From: an uncultured bacterium
GTDB lineage: Bacteria > Fidelibacterota > Marinisomatia > Marinisomatales > JACNKV01
Reading direction: 5' to 3'
Length of the DNA stretch: 64,000 bases
Assembly: GCA_964388155.1 (NCBI GenBank)
Contig: CAYLYH010000003.1
Coordinates: forward strand, 24,268-88,267
In this document: positions 63,041-64,000 of the stretch, piece after piece
How positions within the stretch are numbered: the first letter of the stretch is position 1
Layout of the letters: each line of letters opens with the position of its first letter
Translations under genes and position numbers: made by a program
Notes under the pieces: model-generated
Databases searched by the model: none
Told to the model about the DNA's origin: nothing
The model's input: only the letters and a program-made list of their open reading frames with translations

Positions 63041-64000
63041 TTATTTATTTGTATGAATCTTGAGCCAGTCTTCCATAGTGGCGATAGTTTTTGTCATTTC
63101 CCACCATCCGTTTTTGAATGTCGCATAGTCCGCACCACTCATTGCGGAACCATAGCGGGCAGAATTTGCATAAAAAAGCCATTGTTCGATCCATAACCGT
63201 TCGATGTGCTCATCAAACGGGTTTTCGGCATCTGCTAAGCCAGCATCCCATGCTTTTTGCAAATGTTGAGTAGCTTTTAACACCATATCATCTGTTGCTT
63301 TGTTTTGTTCATCCATCTGTACAAAATGCCCCTCTACCCATGAGGTGCTGTGACATGATTGACAAATACCGGTCATTTTAGATTTTCTGGCAGTTTGTTC
63401 ATCTTCATTAATCAGTCCGGTTTCAGCCAATTCGCCGGTAAATGCTGTTGGCATGGGTAATCCGTCCTTGTTCTTTAATAGCCATGTTCGACCATCTTTG
63501 GGTTGCGGATGAGAATAGATTAACCCGAACAAACGCGTCCATAATCTGCTACCAAAATCGTGTGTTCTTTCTGCTATAACCTCACCTTCGGTGTCCACGA
63601 TTAAACTATTGTGGCACCCTGCACAGGTCGGTGTCTTAAAATCCTGTCCGACAACCCACGGAACATCATTCCAATTCCATTTTGAGCCAAGGGACATATA
63701 CATATTCCCATGTTTACTTTCTTTGTACACGTTGTACGCAGGAACATCAGGTTCTAGGTGGCACTCTGCACATGTATATGGTTTACGGGCAACTTCGATC
63801 GAAAAACTATGCCGGGGATGGCAACTGGTACACGATCCTTTACTCCCATCGGGATTGATTCTGCCGACTCCCTGGTTCGGCCAACCGGATAGATTGGGGA
63901 CATCCACTTCATCGTCGTCTTTGGTGTAAATTTTTTTCATACCAAGAACTTTCACTTCTGTACCGTGGCAGCCGTAACAGGTTTCTCCTTCAACCCGGGC
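63041..64000 (-). CDS. Hydroxylamine-oxidoreductase-family multiheme cytochrome c (5' end outside window)
   Basis: The frame stays open to the window edge. Five CxxCH motifs are visible (CYGCH, CTSCH, CAECH, CAGCH, CQSCH). GRINPDGSKGSCTSCHPRHSFS...ARKPYTCAECH resembles the HAO/octaheme core. Confidence 0.7.
   Translation of the reverse strand, partial: ARVEGETCYGCHGTEVKVLGMKKIYTKDDDEVDVPNLSGWPNQGVGRINPDGSKGSCTSCHPRHSFSIEVARKPYTCAECHLEPDVPAYNVYKESKHGNMYMSLGSKWNWNDVPWVVGQDFKTPTCAGCHNSLIVDTEGEVIAERTHDFGSRLWTRLFGLIYSHPQPKDGRTWLLKNKDGLPMPTAFTGELAETGLINEDEQTARKSKMTGICQSCHSTSWVEGHFVQMDEQNKATDDMVLKATQHLQKAWDAGLADAENPFDEHIERLWIEQWLFYANSARYGSAMSGADYATFKNGWWEMTKTIATMEDWLKIHTNK

Overview
This is a 64-kb chromosomal window from a Gram-negative bacterium. 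The evidence is lipid A genes, TonB/ExbBD, outer-membrane barrels and lipoproteins. The CarboxypepD_reg-type TonB receptor, the frequent lack of Shine-Dalgarno sequences and the intergenic repeat families suggest an FCB-group lineage; I cannot place it more precisely by eye. I count about 55 protein genes, mostly housekeeping: mgtE, ubiE, dtd, dnaE, rpmE-DUF1385-prfA-prmC, fabA, lpxB/lpxK, ctp, exbB-exbD-exbD, sdhCAB and ppdK. I found no rRNA, tRNA or CRISPR. Six things stand out. (1) A histidine kinase with an FG-GAP/ASPIC sensor domain and an NtrC-type sigma-54 activator sit directly after the lipid A genes. They are followed by a near-consensus -24/-12 promoter driving an uncharacterised pair: a lipoprotein that is about 30% Tyr in one half and polybasic/Ser-rich in the other, plus a FadL-like barrel. 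A 1241-aa FG-GAP/cadherin-like surface protein converges on this pair. (2) An unlisted 92-codon IscA/HesB-like gene on the minus strand has an in-frame TGA at the expected Cys position, making it a candidate selenoprotein. (3) A GC-rich composite repeat is inserted in frame, in the same orientation and reading frame, in two unrelated CDS. One copy carries a 6 x 11-nt tandem array. (4) Two lipoprotein ORFs in the same frame are separated only by a TAG. (5) An IS3-family remnant is fused to a fragment of an exbD paralogue. (6) Several modular intergenic repeat families occur, including inverted repeats flanking a GxxExxY gene. CDS coordinates come from the ORF track. Features read by eye may be off by 1-2 nt. 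All family assignments rest on motif recognition, not database searches.
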